DNA of 61,535 nucleotides. It comes from Kiritimatiellia bacterium (lineage in GTDB: Bacteria; Verrucomicrobiota; Kiritimatiellia; RFP12; UBA1067). The position numbers and the translations under genes were made by a program. Under the pieces are notes generated by a model. That model worked only from the letters and a program-made list of their open reading frames with translations. It did not search any database and had not been told where the DNA came from. The stretch is from contig JAWOEI010000109.1 in assembly GCA_046482825.1 (NCBI GenBank), forward strand, positions 1 through 61,535, in the 5' to 3' direction. Below, in pieces: positions 29,377-38,899 of this stretch; the stretch's first letter is position 1, and every line of letters begins with the position of its first letter.

Positions 29377-31161
29377 ATGCAGGCAAGATATGAATGGGTT
29401 GAAAAAGAAAAGGGTGACAGGTCTGCCGTCCTGAAGTTAAGCCGGGAACTGGAACTGCCGGAGATTATCGCGCAGGTGCTGGTGTCTCGCGGTATATCCT
29501 CCAAAGCAGATGCACGCAGTTTTCTTACACCCGAAATAAAACGTGATCTAGGGGCTCCATCTGATTTTCCCGGAGTGGATGCGGCGGTTTCGCGTATCTG
29601 GCAGGCGGTGCAGCGTGGTGAGCATATAGTCGTATTCGGCGATTTCGATGTTGACGGGGTCTGCGCAGCGGTTATCCTCGATAAAGCGCTCTCCGCCGTG
29701 GGTGCTGAAAACAGTGTGTTTCTGCCCCTGCGCGAACCTGAGGGCTACGGACTCACAATGCCGGCAATTGAACGCTGTCTGAATGAGACCCCGGAAAAAC
29801 CGGGGCTGCTTATCACTGTCGATTGCGGTATAGGGTCAGTTCATGAAGTCAGATACCTCAAAGATCAGTCGATAGATGTTGTTATCACCGATCATCATGA
29901 GTGCGGAGAAAAGCTGCCGGAAGCTGTCGCCGTTGTAAATCCGCATTGCGGTGCGTCTGCCGGTGCGGAATATCTCTGCGGTGCGGGAGTGGCCTTCAAG
30001 GTTGCTCATGCCCTGGTTCAGCATGCGCAGCAGAATGGGGTGGAAACCGATAAAGGGCTTGCCGGGCAGCTTGTGGTGGCCGCCGGCCTGGCAACAGTAG
30101 CCGATATTGTTCCACTTCAAGGAGAAAACCGTCTTTTTGCTTCAAGCGCTATGAAGCTCTGGAAAAATTTTGCCGGTAAAGGGCTGCACGCGCTTCTGAA
30201 CCGTGCCCTGACACGTCCGCAGGAAACACCCGATGCCTATACATTCGGCTTTGTTCTCGGACCGCGCATCAACGCATCCGGGCGTATGGCTTCGGCTATG
30301 GTGGCATATGAGCTTTTAATGACCGATGATCCTGACAGGGCCCGGGAACTGGCCGCGGAACTTGAAGGATTCAACGGTGAGCGCCGCGGTGTGCAGAACC
30401 GCATTCTGAAACTTGCCCGCGAGCAGTGCGGCCTTGATGCGGGAAAATTTGAAAGTCCGGCTGTGGTTGTAGGCGGTTACGGTAAATCCTGCGGTGAGAG
30501 CGACGGATGGCATCCCGGAGTTGCCGGTATCGTGGCTTCCCAGCTTTGTGAAGAGACAGGATGTCCGGCTGCTGTTATTGTTTTCGACAGTGACGGCGGC
30601 GGAAGGGGCTCTGTGCGTGCCGGTTCACAGCATCACGCGCTCGAGACATTGTCCGCATGCTCTGAAGTTCTTGATGGCTTTGGCGGACATGCTAAGGCCG
30701 CGGGATTCCAGCTAAGGCCACGGTTCTTTGAAAGATTTAAAAAACTCTTCATTGATTCCTGTGCCGCTCAGGTTGCAGGACAAAAAGCTGCTACGCCTCT
30801 CAGTTTCGAAGCCTGGTTGGATCCGCATCAGATCACGTATGAAATGGCGGGCCATATCCGGAAGCTGGCGCCTTTCGGTCTGAAAAACCGAATGCCCAGA
30901 TGGGCTTTGCGTGATGTAACGCTGGAGAATGTGCGTACTATGGGGGCATCTGCCGATCATATGCAGTTTGTAATAAAAACCGTATCGGAAATGTCTGTCA
31001 GGGCGGTATGGTTTAAAAGCGGTGATCTGACGGATGATTTGAAGAAAGGCGACTGCGTGGATATGGTTTTTGAACTCGTTCAGAATGATTTTCGCGGTTG
31101 CCCGGAAATAGAACTCCGGATAATTGACATGCGAACCAAAGCTGCTTCCGATAGCAATTAG
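29377..31161 (+). CDS. recJ: Single-stranded-DNA-specific exonuclease RecJ
   Basis: DHH motifs 'VFGDFDVDGV', 'ITVDCG', 'VITDHHE', and a DHHA1 'GGHAKAAG'. I place the start at ATG 29377 (MQARYEW...). Confidence 0.9.
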   Translation: MQARYEWVEKEKGDRSAVLKLSRELELPEIIAQVLVSRGISSKADARSFLTPEIKRDLGAPSDFPGVDAAVSRIWQAVQRGEHIVVFGDFDVDGVCAAVILDKALSAVGAENSVFLPLREPEGYGLTMPAIERCLNETPEKPGLLITVDCGIGSVHEVRYLKDQSIDVVITDHHECGEKLPEAVAVVNPHCGASAGAEYLCGAGVAFKVAHALVQHAQQNGVETDKGLAGQLVVAAGLATVADIVPLQGENRLFASSAMKLWKNFAGKGLHALLNRALTRPQETPDAYTFGFVLGPRINASGRMASAMVAYELLMTDDPDRARELAAELEGFNGERRGVQNRILKLAREQCGLDAGKFESPAVVVGGYGKSCGESDGWHPGVAGIVASQLCEETGCPAAVIVFDSDGGGRGSVRAGSQHHALETLSACSEVLDGFGGHAKAAGFQLRPRFFERFKKLFIDSCAAQVAGQKAATPLSFEAWLDPHQITYEMAGHIRKLAPFGLKNRMPRWALRDVTLENVRTMGASADHMQFVIKTVSEMSVRAVWFKSGDLTDDLKKGDCVDMVFELVQNDFRGCPEIELRIIDMRTKAASDSN

Positions 31162-31222
31162 ACGTAACGAACACGATATACGTTGACGAATCTATTTGTT
31201 GGCTGATTTGGTTTTAATCGCC

Positions 31223-31250
31223 GCAGCTGTAGGACAGGTGACCTCACCTG
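31223..31250 (+). repeat. Solitary REP: shared head 'gcagctgtagg' with a different palindrome
   Basis: 'gcagctgtagg' is followed by 'a' and then caggtga-cc-tcacctg (7-bp stem). The head matches the ccgggtc-type REPs elsewhere in the window. Confidence 0.6.
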
Positions 31251-31369
31251 CCGAATTGGCCGGTGATGTCATCCGGCGTCGTTCCGCAAGCTATGGCGGG
31301 ATGACGCCGATACCGCAAATCTGCCCTTCGGTGAAGGGCCTGTTTTATAAAATGTTAAAAGGAAATATT

Positions 31370-32869
31370 ATGAAGAAGTTGTTTGCAGTTGATTTAGGCG
31401 CTTCGGGCGGAAAATGTTTTGTCGGAATCTTTGAAGATGACGGTTTCCGTATGCAAGAGGTTCATCGCTTTGCTTATGAAGGTTCAACCTGTTTTCTGCC
31501 GGATCGTAACGGCGAGGTTTCGGAACGCACTTTCTGGGATGATACATTTATCTATCAGAATATTGTCAAGGGACTTCAGGCGGCATCACGCGAATTTGAC
31601 GGAACGCTTGACGGTATAGGTATAGACACCTGGGGGGCGGACGGACAGCTTCTGACACCGGATGGCGATGCTCTCGGCAAGATGTACTGCTATCGGGATC
31701 ACCGCCTCGACACCATGTGTGACGAGGTTAAGGAACGCGTGGATGCGGAACGTGTATATGAGATTACCGGTAACCATTTCCAGCCCTTCAATATATCCAA
31801 TCAGCTGTTGTGGGTTGCAACCCGGCGTCCTGAACTGCTGAAACGCGCCGGTATGTATCTGCCTGTTCCGGCTCTGTTCTACTATTATCTCGGGGGATGC
31901 ACCTGCGTTGACTCCACCTTTGCCAGTGTAACCCAGCTGATGGATGCGAAACGCCGCAGGTGGAGCCGGGAGATGCTCAAAGCATTGAAAATTCCCCGTA
32001 AAATTATGCCTGAAATCGTTAAACCCGGAGTGAAGATCGCGCGGTTGCAGCCGGGGCTGGCCAAGGTCTGCGGACTGAATGAGGTTGATCTTATATCCGT
32101 AGGTTCGCATGATACCGCCAGCGCTTTCGCGGCGGCTCCTGTGAAGAATGCAAAAAAGGCCCTGATAATCAGTTCGGGTACCTGGTCGCTGGTCGGCAAG
32201 TTAATCCCCAAGCCGATTACATCCGCTGATGCCATGGCGAAAGGTTTAAGCAATGAAGGAGGCGTCGGCAATGTGCGCTTTCTCAAGAACTGTATGGGCA
32301 CCTGGATTGTTCAGGAGTTACTGCGTATATGGGAGATAGCGGACGGCCAGCGCATGAGCTGGCAGGAGGTTGATACCATTACTCCGGCAGCGAAATCTTT
32401 TACAGCGTTTATAGATCCGGATGATTCACGTTTTTACAATCCGTCCGATATGGAACAGGCTGTTCTCGGTTATGTCGCGGAAACCGGACAGACTGCCCTC
32501 AGAGGACGTGGAGAAATACTGCGTTGCGTTTATGAGAGTCTTGCCCTTAAATACCGCAATGTTAATGAACAGATAAACGCTGTAACCGACACCGCAACCG
32601 ATGTTGTCCATATCGTCGGCGGCGGCAGCAATAACGAACTGCTCAATCAGTTTACAGCCGATTCCACAGGAATTCCGGTAATGGCGGGACCGAAAGAAGC
32701 TACGGCTGTCGGTAACATCATGGTGCAGTCTGTCGGTGCGGGTGTCGTTCCTTCCCTTAAAAAAGCGATGCCGTATATCAGAAAAGCGTTTTCCATCAGA
32801 AAATACGAACCGCAGAACACAGAGGCCTGGAACAGTGCCTATGAACGCTTTGTGAAACTGCTCAAATAA
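31370..32869 (+). CDS. rhaB: FGGY-family sugar kinase, rhamnulokinase-like
   Basis: 499 aa from ATG 31370. 'FAVDLGASGGK' N-terminal phosphate-1 motif, 'GSHDTASA', 'HIVGGGSNNELLNQ'. Length and motifs fit RhaB better than GlpK or XylB. Confidence 0.7.
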   Translation: MKKLFAVDLGASGGKCFVGIFEDDGFRMQEVHRFAYEGSTCFLPDRNGEVSERTFWDDTFIYQNIVKGLQAASREFDGTLDGIGIDTWGADGQLLTPDGDALGKMYCYRDHRLDTMCDEVKERVDAERVYEITGNHFQPFNISNQLLWVATRRPELLKRAGMYLPVPALFYYYLGGCTCVDSTFASVTQLMDAKRRRWSREMLKALKIPRKIMPEIVKPGVKIARLQPGLAKVCGLNEVDLISVGSHDTASAFAAAPVKNAKKALIISSGTWSLVGKLIPKPITSADAMAKGLSNEGGVGNVRFLKNCMGTWIVQELLRIWEIADGQRMSWQEVDTITPAAKSFTAFIDPDDSRFYNPSDMEQAVLGYVAETGQTALRGRGEILRCVYESLALKYRNVNEQINAVTDTATDVVHIVGGGSNNELLNQFTADSTGIPVMAGPKEATAVGNIMVQSVGAGVVPSLKKAMPYIRKAFSIRKYEPQNTEAWNSAYERFVKLLK

Positions 32870-32893
32870 AATATAGAGCCTGGAGCAGAGGGT

Positions 32894-32927
32894 AAAAAAA
32901 CACCGGTATAATTTAAACGGTGTTTTT
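32894..32927. terminator. Bidirectional rho-independent terminator (rhaB / def convergent)
   Basis: 'aaaaaaa-caccg-gtataatttaaa-cggtg-ttttt': the stem is flanked by an A-run and a T-run. Confidence 0.7.
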
Positions 32928-32977
32928 AGGTGGACTTGGCGGACAGAAAATATTTACAGTTTACGCTCCGCTTGCCG

Positions 32978-33517
32978 CTATCTGTTATTCTCTTTCTGCA
33001 GGCGTTTGAGTTTGCCGGAAACCGCGAGTTTCTGTACGGAATTCATTCTGTCCACCAGCAGTACGCCGTCAAGATGATCGAGTTCATGTTGAACTGCGCG
33101 CGCGAGAAGGCCGCAGGCACTGACGGTTTTACGTATACCTTCAAGATCGGTGAATGATACGGTTACCTGATCAGCCCGGGTGATCTGAACACCGATCTGC
33201 GGAAAGCTGAGGCATCCCTCCTCATCGCGCTGCTCGCCTTCAGAAGCTATTATCTGCGGATTGATCAAAACAAGAGGCATTCCCGCCGAAACGGTTTTTT
33301 CTATACATTTCTCTTTTTCCGCATCCGGCGGTATGTCGATTATACAAAGGCTTTCGGTTCTTCCTACCTGTTCCGCCGCCAGTCCCACACCATTGGATGC
33401 ATACATGGTTTCGAACATGTTTTCCACAAGCTGTCTGATTTCATCGTTTATGTCGATGACAGGGGTGGCTTTTTCCCTCAAAATTTTGTTGCCGTAAGTT
33501 GTGATAGGAAGTGTCAA
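32978..33517 (-). CDS. def: Peptide deformylase
   Basis: 179 aa. The three metal motifs are 'GVGLAAEQVG', 'EGCLSFP' and 'HELDHLDG'. It uses a TTG start preceded by 'gaggtg'. Confidence 0.95.
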   Translation of the reverse strand: MTLPITTYGNKILREKATPVIDINDEIRQLVENMFETMYASNGVGLAAEQVGRTESLCIIDIPPDAEKEKCIEKTVSAGMPLVLINPQIIASEGEQRDEEGCLSFPQIGVQITRADQVTVSFTDLEGIRKTVSACGLLARAVQHELDHLDGVLLVDRMNSVQKLAVSGKLKRLQKENNR

Positions 33518-33556
33518 TATTCACCTCACTTGTTTTTATTTTTTTTATGCTCTGCG

Positions 33557-33566
33557 GGGGGGGGGT
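33557..33566. repeat. G10 homopolymer (C10 on the def strand), adjacent to a T5-A-T8 run
   Basis: Read directly: 'tgtttttattttttttatgctctgc' followed by ten G, then 'tgc'. It lies 40 nt upstream of the def start and 276 nt upstream of the acyl-CoA ligase start. Confidence 0.95.
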
Positions 33567-33841
33567 GCATTTACAGCGTTCTGGTGTTACGTCTTCCCAG
33601 AAGTGTAGATAAATCGCAGGGGATTGGCAATCTCAAAAATCGGTTGGCACAGGCGCCGTCTTATCGTACAATGCAGAGCTGTCTGGCTGCGCAGTTATGC
33701 ACAGGCGGGCAGTTGAATAAAGACAGGCAGAGATGTATGAGAACTTTTTTTCTATGTCCTCCTGTTTTTACCCTTGCTGTTTCCGGAAAAACCAATGTGC
33801 GATCTGCCGGAAAATTTTGTTTTTCATGCGAAAGGAAGATT

Positions 33842-35521
33842 ATGACACTCAGAAATCTGCTGGAAAATGCCGTCGATAAACTTCCTGAACGGATTGCAAT
33901 CAGATATAAACAGGCAGGAGAATGGAAAAGTATAAGCTATGCCGTTTTATATGATAATGTTGCCCGGATGGCTGAAGCTTTCGCGGATCTCGGTATCAGA
34001 CCGGTTGACAACAACGTTGCTTTGATGCTGGATAACTGTCCTGAATGGATTGAAAGTTATTTCGCCCTGGCCGGATGCGGTGTGCCTGTTGTTCCTGTTG
34101 ACCCGCGACTGCAACCTGATGAAATAGCCTACATTCTGAAAGATTCGCAGTCTGTGATGCTGATTGCGCATGAACGTCATATTCCTGTAATCAGCGATAT
34201 GTATGAGGATCTCCCCGATCTCCATTCTGCGGTTATAGCTGGTGGAACCGGTGATGTCGGGGCGGACGATATCAGTCTGCCCCTTCACAGTTACAACCGT
34301 CTGAAATCAGAACTTGCCGGAAGAAGCGGATTGTCATGGTTTGCCGATCACAAACCGGAAAGCGGCCACGTGGCATCGATTATCTATACTTCCGGTACAA
34401 TGGGCAATCCCAAAGGAGCTATGCTGACGCACAATAACTTCTGCAGTGATGTAAGCGGTTCTCTTGCGGCAGTTGATAATGTTCTGAATGAAAAAGATGA
34501 CTTTCTGGTTGTGCTTCCTTTATTCCATTCATTTTCATTTACCGCAAATCTTTTAATAGCTGTGGCGAATGCAAGCGGACTCTGCTTTGTTGAAAACCTG
34601 CGCACATTAGCTCAGGATATCAAAGAGCTGAAGCCCACAATTCTGATGGGAGTTCCGCTTCTGTATGAAAAACTTTTTTATAAAATTCTCTCGCGTCTCC
34701 AGGCTCATGCCTTGCCGCGTTTTATGCTGAAAACAGGGATGGGACGGCTTCTGGGATTCCAGGTGCGCAAAGGTCTGGGAGGAAGACTGCGCTATATGAT
34801 TGTGGGCGGCGCCCCCTGTCCTGTGGATGTCATCAGAGGGTTCAAGCTTCTGGGTATTCCGCTGGTGGAGGGGTATGGCCTTACCGAGTGTTCCCCTGTT
34901 GTCTGTTTTCCCAGGCTCACGGAACCGCATATCGGGACTATCGGCAGAAAACTGCCCAATGCTGAAGTGCGTATTGCGGAACCGGATGAAACCGGAAGCG
35001 GTGAACTTCAGGTGCGGGGCCCTATGATCATGAAAGGATACTACAGAAATATAGAGGCCACCCGCGATGCTTTTGACGGGGAATGGTTGAAAACCGGTGA
35101 TATGGCCCGTATAGATGCAAATGGTTATATTTCAATATGCGGACGCAGAAAAGCTCTGATCGTCAACCGCGAAGGCAAGAATATTTATCCGGAAGAGGTG
35201 GAGAATGTCATCGGAGTGGATCCGCTGCTGAGTGATCTTGTAGTTGTGGGGTATCGCGTCGGATCCGATCCCGGAGAGCGTATAGGTGTGATAGTTGCTC
35301 CGGATGAAGATCTGCTGAAGCAGGAATTGGATGAGGATGCTGCTGATACCGCCCGCGTCGAGGATTTTGTTAGAAAAAGACTTATGAAACAGTGTGAAAA
35401 ACTGGCCGCGTATAAACGCCCCAGAAAAATCGTTGTCAGACGCGAGCCTCTGGAAAGAACCTCTGTACAGAAAGTGCGGCGCTGCCTTTATCAGGGCTGG
35501 CTTGATGATGAGAAAGAATAG
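33842..35521 (+). CDS. Long-chain-fatty-acid--CoA ligase (AMP-binding family)
   Basis: AMP motif 'IIYTSGTMGNPKGAMLTHNN', 'EGYGLTE', 'WLKTGDMARID'. I place the start at ATG 33842 (MTLRNLLENA) with 'aaggaag' upstream. The track's 104-aa N-terminal extension crosses the homopolymer region. Confidence 0.85.
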   Translation: MTLRNLLENAVDKLPERIAIRYKQAGEWKSISYAVLYDNVARMAEAFADLGIRPVDNNVALMLDNCPEWIESYFALAGCGVPVVPVDPRLQPDEIAYILKDSQSVMLIAHERHIPVISDMYEDLPDLHSAVIAGGTGDVGADDISLPLHSYNRLKSELAGRSGLSWFADHKPESGHVASIIYTSGTMGNPKGAMLTHNNFCSDVSGSLAAVDNVLNEKDDFLVVLPLFHSFSFTANLLIAVANASGLCFVENLRTLAQDIKELKPTILMGVPLLYEKLFYKILSRLQAHALPRFMLKTGMGRLLGFQVRKGLGGRLRYMIVGGAPCPVDVIRGFKLLGIPLVEGYGLTECSPVVCFPRLTEPHIGTIGRKLPNAEVRIAEPDETGSGELQVRGPMIMKGYYRNIEATRDAFDGEWLKTGDMARIDANGYISICGRRKALIVNREGKNIYPEEVENVIGVDPLLSDLVVVGYRVGSDPGERIGVIVAPDEDLLKQELDEDAADTARVEDFVRKRLMKQCEKLAAYKRPRKIVVRREPLERTSVQKVRRCLYQGWLDDEKE

Positions 35522-35563
35522 CGCCAGTTCCCTGATCTCTATCTGATTCGAAAATACCCTTTT

Positions 35564-37003
35564 TTATTTCACATCGATATTGAAAGCGTTAGGAACCAGG
35601 CAGCTCTCGTTGTAGAGGTTGCATTCGCAGGTCTGATTCCACATGAAACGCACTTTCTTCGGCTCTGCAACTTTGTCGGAACTGACGATTAGCCGGGCAC
35701 CTTTAATCTCAAGTTCAGCGGAAACAAAACTGCTGTCAGCACCGGCCACCTCGAAGTGTCTGGCTGGCTTGTTTTTCCTTGTATACCAGCCTTCCGCATT
35801 GTTGAAGGTGAGAACAACTTTGCCGTTTTCAACTCTGCCTTCCCTGATTGTGGGAGAGTCGGCTTTGATGTGCTTCATGCCGTAGTCGCGGTTGAGAGCC
35901 AGCAGTGCCAGGCGACGGCCGACAGTTTCCTTGTCGCCGGGATGAATGTCCTTGAGATTTGCGACATCCGTGATAATCGCCATGCCGGCATCCTTTTCGT
36001 CATCAGCAAATTTCTGCTGAGTCACCCAGAAATTCGGCAGGCGTTTCGGGTCACCGCCGTATGTATACGGGGCGATCTGTACAAAGTAGAATTTCAGTTC
36101 AGGATTTTCAAAAACCTCTTTCCACCCGTTCAGCAAAGCCTGCATCTTATCATAGTAAACCGCACCGTCACGTAGATTGGATTCACCCTGATACCAGATT
36201 GCACCGCGCATGGTGTAGGGAACAAAAGGATATATCATGCGATTGTATAGAACAGTAGGCTGTTGACGAAGTTTTTTGACATTTTCAGGCTTATCCCTGG
36301 GTTTTAAAGAGGACAATGATTCAAAAATCCCCTTTAAAGATGGAACCGAGGCGAAACCGCACGGCGGTGTCCAGGGTTCAATGCGTGTGCCGCCCCAGTG
36401 GGAGGTAATCAGACCTATAGGAATATCCAGAGCATGGTGGAGTTCGACACCGTAGTAAAAACTGACGGCGGAAAGTTTTGCCACATTGTCCGGACCCATG
36501 ATTTTCCATTCCATAGGATAGTCCGTGCGGGGTTTTGTTGAAAAATCGTATCTGCCCATCCTTGAAAAACGGATAAGCGGGTAGTCGGCAAGCGAAGCCA
36601 TCATGGCACCCTTTTCATCGCGGAAAGTCGGGTGTTTTCCCCAGAGAGGCTGCTCCATGTTGGATTGTCCGCTGCAGAGCCAGACCTCGCCGACAAGTAC
36701 ATTCTTTACGGTGATGGTGTTATCCCTGCCCCTTGCTGTCAGGGTGCGGTTCTCTTTAGAGGTGTCCAGCGGCTGAAGGCGAAGCTTCCAGGCTCCTTTT
36801 TCATCAGCCTCGGCTTTAACCGTCTGCCCGGCAAATGAAACACTGACCTTTTCGCCTGCATCAGCTGTACCCCAGACGGCGGCAGGTTTCCCGCGTTGCA
36901 GAACCATGTTGTCGGCAAATACAGGTGCGAGAGCAACTTTCGCCTGGGCGCTTAGAAAACCAGCCAGCACCGTGAGGCTGGCTGTATAAAGAATTTGTTT
37001 CAT
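35564..37003 (-). CDS. Sialate O-acetylesterase (SASA/DUF303 family)
   Basis: Signal peptide from ATG 37003. Catalytic 'GEVWLCSGQSNME' and 'AIWYQGESN'. The C-terminal domain is typical of the 9-O-acetylesterase family. Confidence 0.85.
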   Translation of the reverse strand: MKQILYTASLTVLAGFLSAQAKVALAPVFADNMVLQRGKPAAVWGTADAGEKVSVSFAGQTVKAEADEKGAWKLRLQPLDTSKENRTLTARGRDNTITVKNVLVGEVWLCSGQSNMEQPLWGKHPTFRDEKGAMMASLADYPLIRFSRMGRYDFSTKPRTDYPMEWKIMGPDNVAKLSAVSFYYGVELHHALDIPIGLITSHWGGTRIEPWTPPCGFASVPSLKGIFESLSSLKPRDKPENVKKLRQQPTVLYNRMIYPFVPYTMRGAIWYQGESNLRDGAVYYDKMQALLNGWKEVFENPELKFYFVQIAPYTYGGDPKRLPNFWVTQQKFADDEKDAGMAIITDVANLKDIHPGDKETVGRRLALLALNRDYGMKHIKADSPTIREGRVENGKVVLTFNNAEGWYTRKNKPARHFEVAGADSSFVSAELEIKGARLIVSSDKVAEPKKVRFMWNQTCECNLYNESCLVPNAFNIDVK

Positions 37004-37396
37004 CCTATCCCCTTTCTGAATTTTATATTTATCAGGCAGAATTATAGCTGAATACGCTTTCATCCGCAAGTATCAGGGGATAGTTTGTCAGAGGTATTTC
37101 CTCCAGTTACGCATAATCCGGCGTTTCCTGTGCCTGGATCAAGGAGGGGTTCATTGCTGTTAATGCTGTCGCAGCTATTCCAAATTTCCCAAAATCTCTT
37201 CTATTGATGTTCATGTTGTTTATCTCCCGCAAAGACGCGAAGGCGCAAAGATCTTTGCATCGCAGTTTTGCTTACATCATTAGTCGCTATAAAATCAACT
37301 CCTGTCGCAAAAAACAAGAAACTCAGGAGACCATTTGCATATCACAGAGGCTCAGTTTGGTTCCCTGCCTGTCGGCAGACAGGCGGCTCCGCTGGT

Positions 37397-38899
37397 TTAG
37401 TGTTCGTGCTGATTATCCCGCGGGTTTTTCGGATTGAATCCGCCTGTGAAAGGTTCGGCTCCCGGTATAAACATATACAGGCAGGCGCGGCGGTCGCTTT
37501 CTCCCATGAAGAGGGTTCCGTCGATTCCCGTTGTTATGGCATCAAACTGGTATGCCCGCTTGGCGTAGTACGGACTGCGGTCAACGGTTATTCCTCCCCA
37601 GTCGTGAAAACCCTCTTTTCCGTCCAGACCGTAACTGAACAGCTTGCAGGGTTCTTCAAATTGACCGCAGATCATGTAGAGACGGTTGTCGTGGCCGAGC
37701 GACATCCCGCGGACACGCCGGGACAAGCGCGGTTTTCCGAGGTTGGTCAGCTGTTGACGTGACTTGTCCAGTCGGAAAAGGTAACCATCGGTAGTGGCGC
37801 CGTATAGTGACCCGTCAGGCGTCGCCTGCCACGCTTCCAGTACCGGATAGCCGTAATAGTTCCAGGCTTCGTAGTACTCTCCGGGAATCTGCATCCCTGT
37901 AGCGACAATTTTCTTTTTCTCCGTATCGTAGTAAACGATGCGCCCGTCTTCACCGGATGTATAAATGCGTGTTATCCGGCCGGTTTTTTTTGATTCTGCT
38001 CCTGAGGAATTCACTACGCCTTTATCAACAAACAACGCACGAGGAATGCTGCGCCACTGACGTTCAGGACCGGAATAGATCTTGCGTTTAAGCAGCGGCA
38101 GGCTTTCCGTCAGCTTGTTTTTTCGCAGATCCCATACAAAGAACAGGGCGTCAGGATAAGTAATGCCGTACAGCTGTCGCGCGGCTTTATCTATTGCCAT
38201 GGCGTATATAGTGTTGTTTTTGACCGGTATGCCGAGATCCTCCAGCGGGCAGGCTTCACCCGGCAGACGGGCGCCTTTGTTGCCGGAGACGGGATCATAG
38301 CGGTAAAGGTGTCCTCCTGTATAATCTGCGTACGGAGCGGCAATATCTTTCCACAGCTGTTTTTCAATCGCCCGGAAACCACCCGGAAAATCCCGGGTCA
38401 GTTTGACCGGAGCCAGCATGTTGAGTCCTCCGCCTATAAGCAGGGAACCATCGGCATCCTGCAGCAGAGCGTGATAGACACCTTTGTTTTCTTCGATATG
38501 ACCCAGCGGCCGTACTTTGTTGATGGCGCGGTCATAGAGAAAAAGATATGATGCGCTTTTGCCGCTGGTTGCTCCATACACCATGCCGTCCTCGGATGTC
38601 AGCAGCGCTGTGACAGGTGAATTGTCGGCCGGTACTGCATTTACATCGGGATATCCGAGATCACGGTAGTCCAGCCGGTGGCCGTCGAATTTAGGATTCA
38701 CCCATTTCTGAGCCAGAGATGTTCCGGTGACAAGAAGTACGGTTAGCAAAATGCCGACCTTGAAAATTGTCGTCCACCTGTAAATCGGTTGACCCCACCC
38801 GGCGCATGCGGCTGCAGGTTTTGATCCGACCTTCGATGTTCGGCATAATTGCATGGTTTTAGTGAAATCCAGGTTTGATTCATGAAATATTTTAATCAT
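37397..38899 (-). CDS. Uncharacterised beta-propeller-like exported protein (paralog 2)
   Basis: 500 aa. Hydrophobic anchor 'IFKVGILLTVLLVTGTSLA'. Recurring blade-like 'DG.(L/V)YG(A)T' segments ('EDGMVYGATSG', 'PDGSLYGATTDGYLFRLD', 'IDGTLFMGES'). The ATG overlaps the upstream stop (ATGA). Confidence 0.6.
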   Translation of the reverse strand: MIKIFHESNLDFTKTMQLCRTSKVGSKPAAACAGWGQPIYRWTTIFKVGILLTVLLVTGTSLAQKWVNPKFDGHRLDYRDLGYPDVNAVPADNSPVTALLTSEDGMVYGATSGKSASYLFLYDRAINKVRPLGHIEENKGVYHALLQDADGSLLIGGGLNMLAPVKLTRDFPGGFRAIEKQLWKDIAAPYADYTGGHLYRYDPVSGNKGARLPGEACPLEDLGIPVKNNTIYAMAIDKAARQLYGITYPDALFFVWDLRKNKLTESLPLLKRKIYSGPERQWRSIPRALFVDKGVVNSSGAESKKTGRITRIYTSGEDGRIVYYDTEKKKIVATGMQIPGEYYEAWNYYGYPVLEAWQATPDGSLYGATTDGYLFRLDKSRQQLTNLGKPRLSRRVRGMSLGHDNRLYMICGQFEEPCKLFSYGLDGKEGFHDWGGITVDRSPYYAKRAYQFDAITTGIDGTLFMGESDRRACLYMFIPGAEPFTGGFNPKNPRDNQHEH

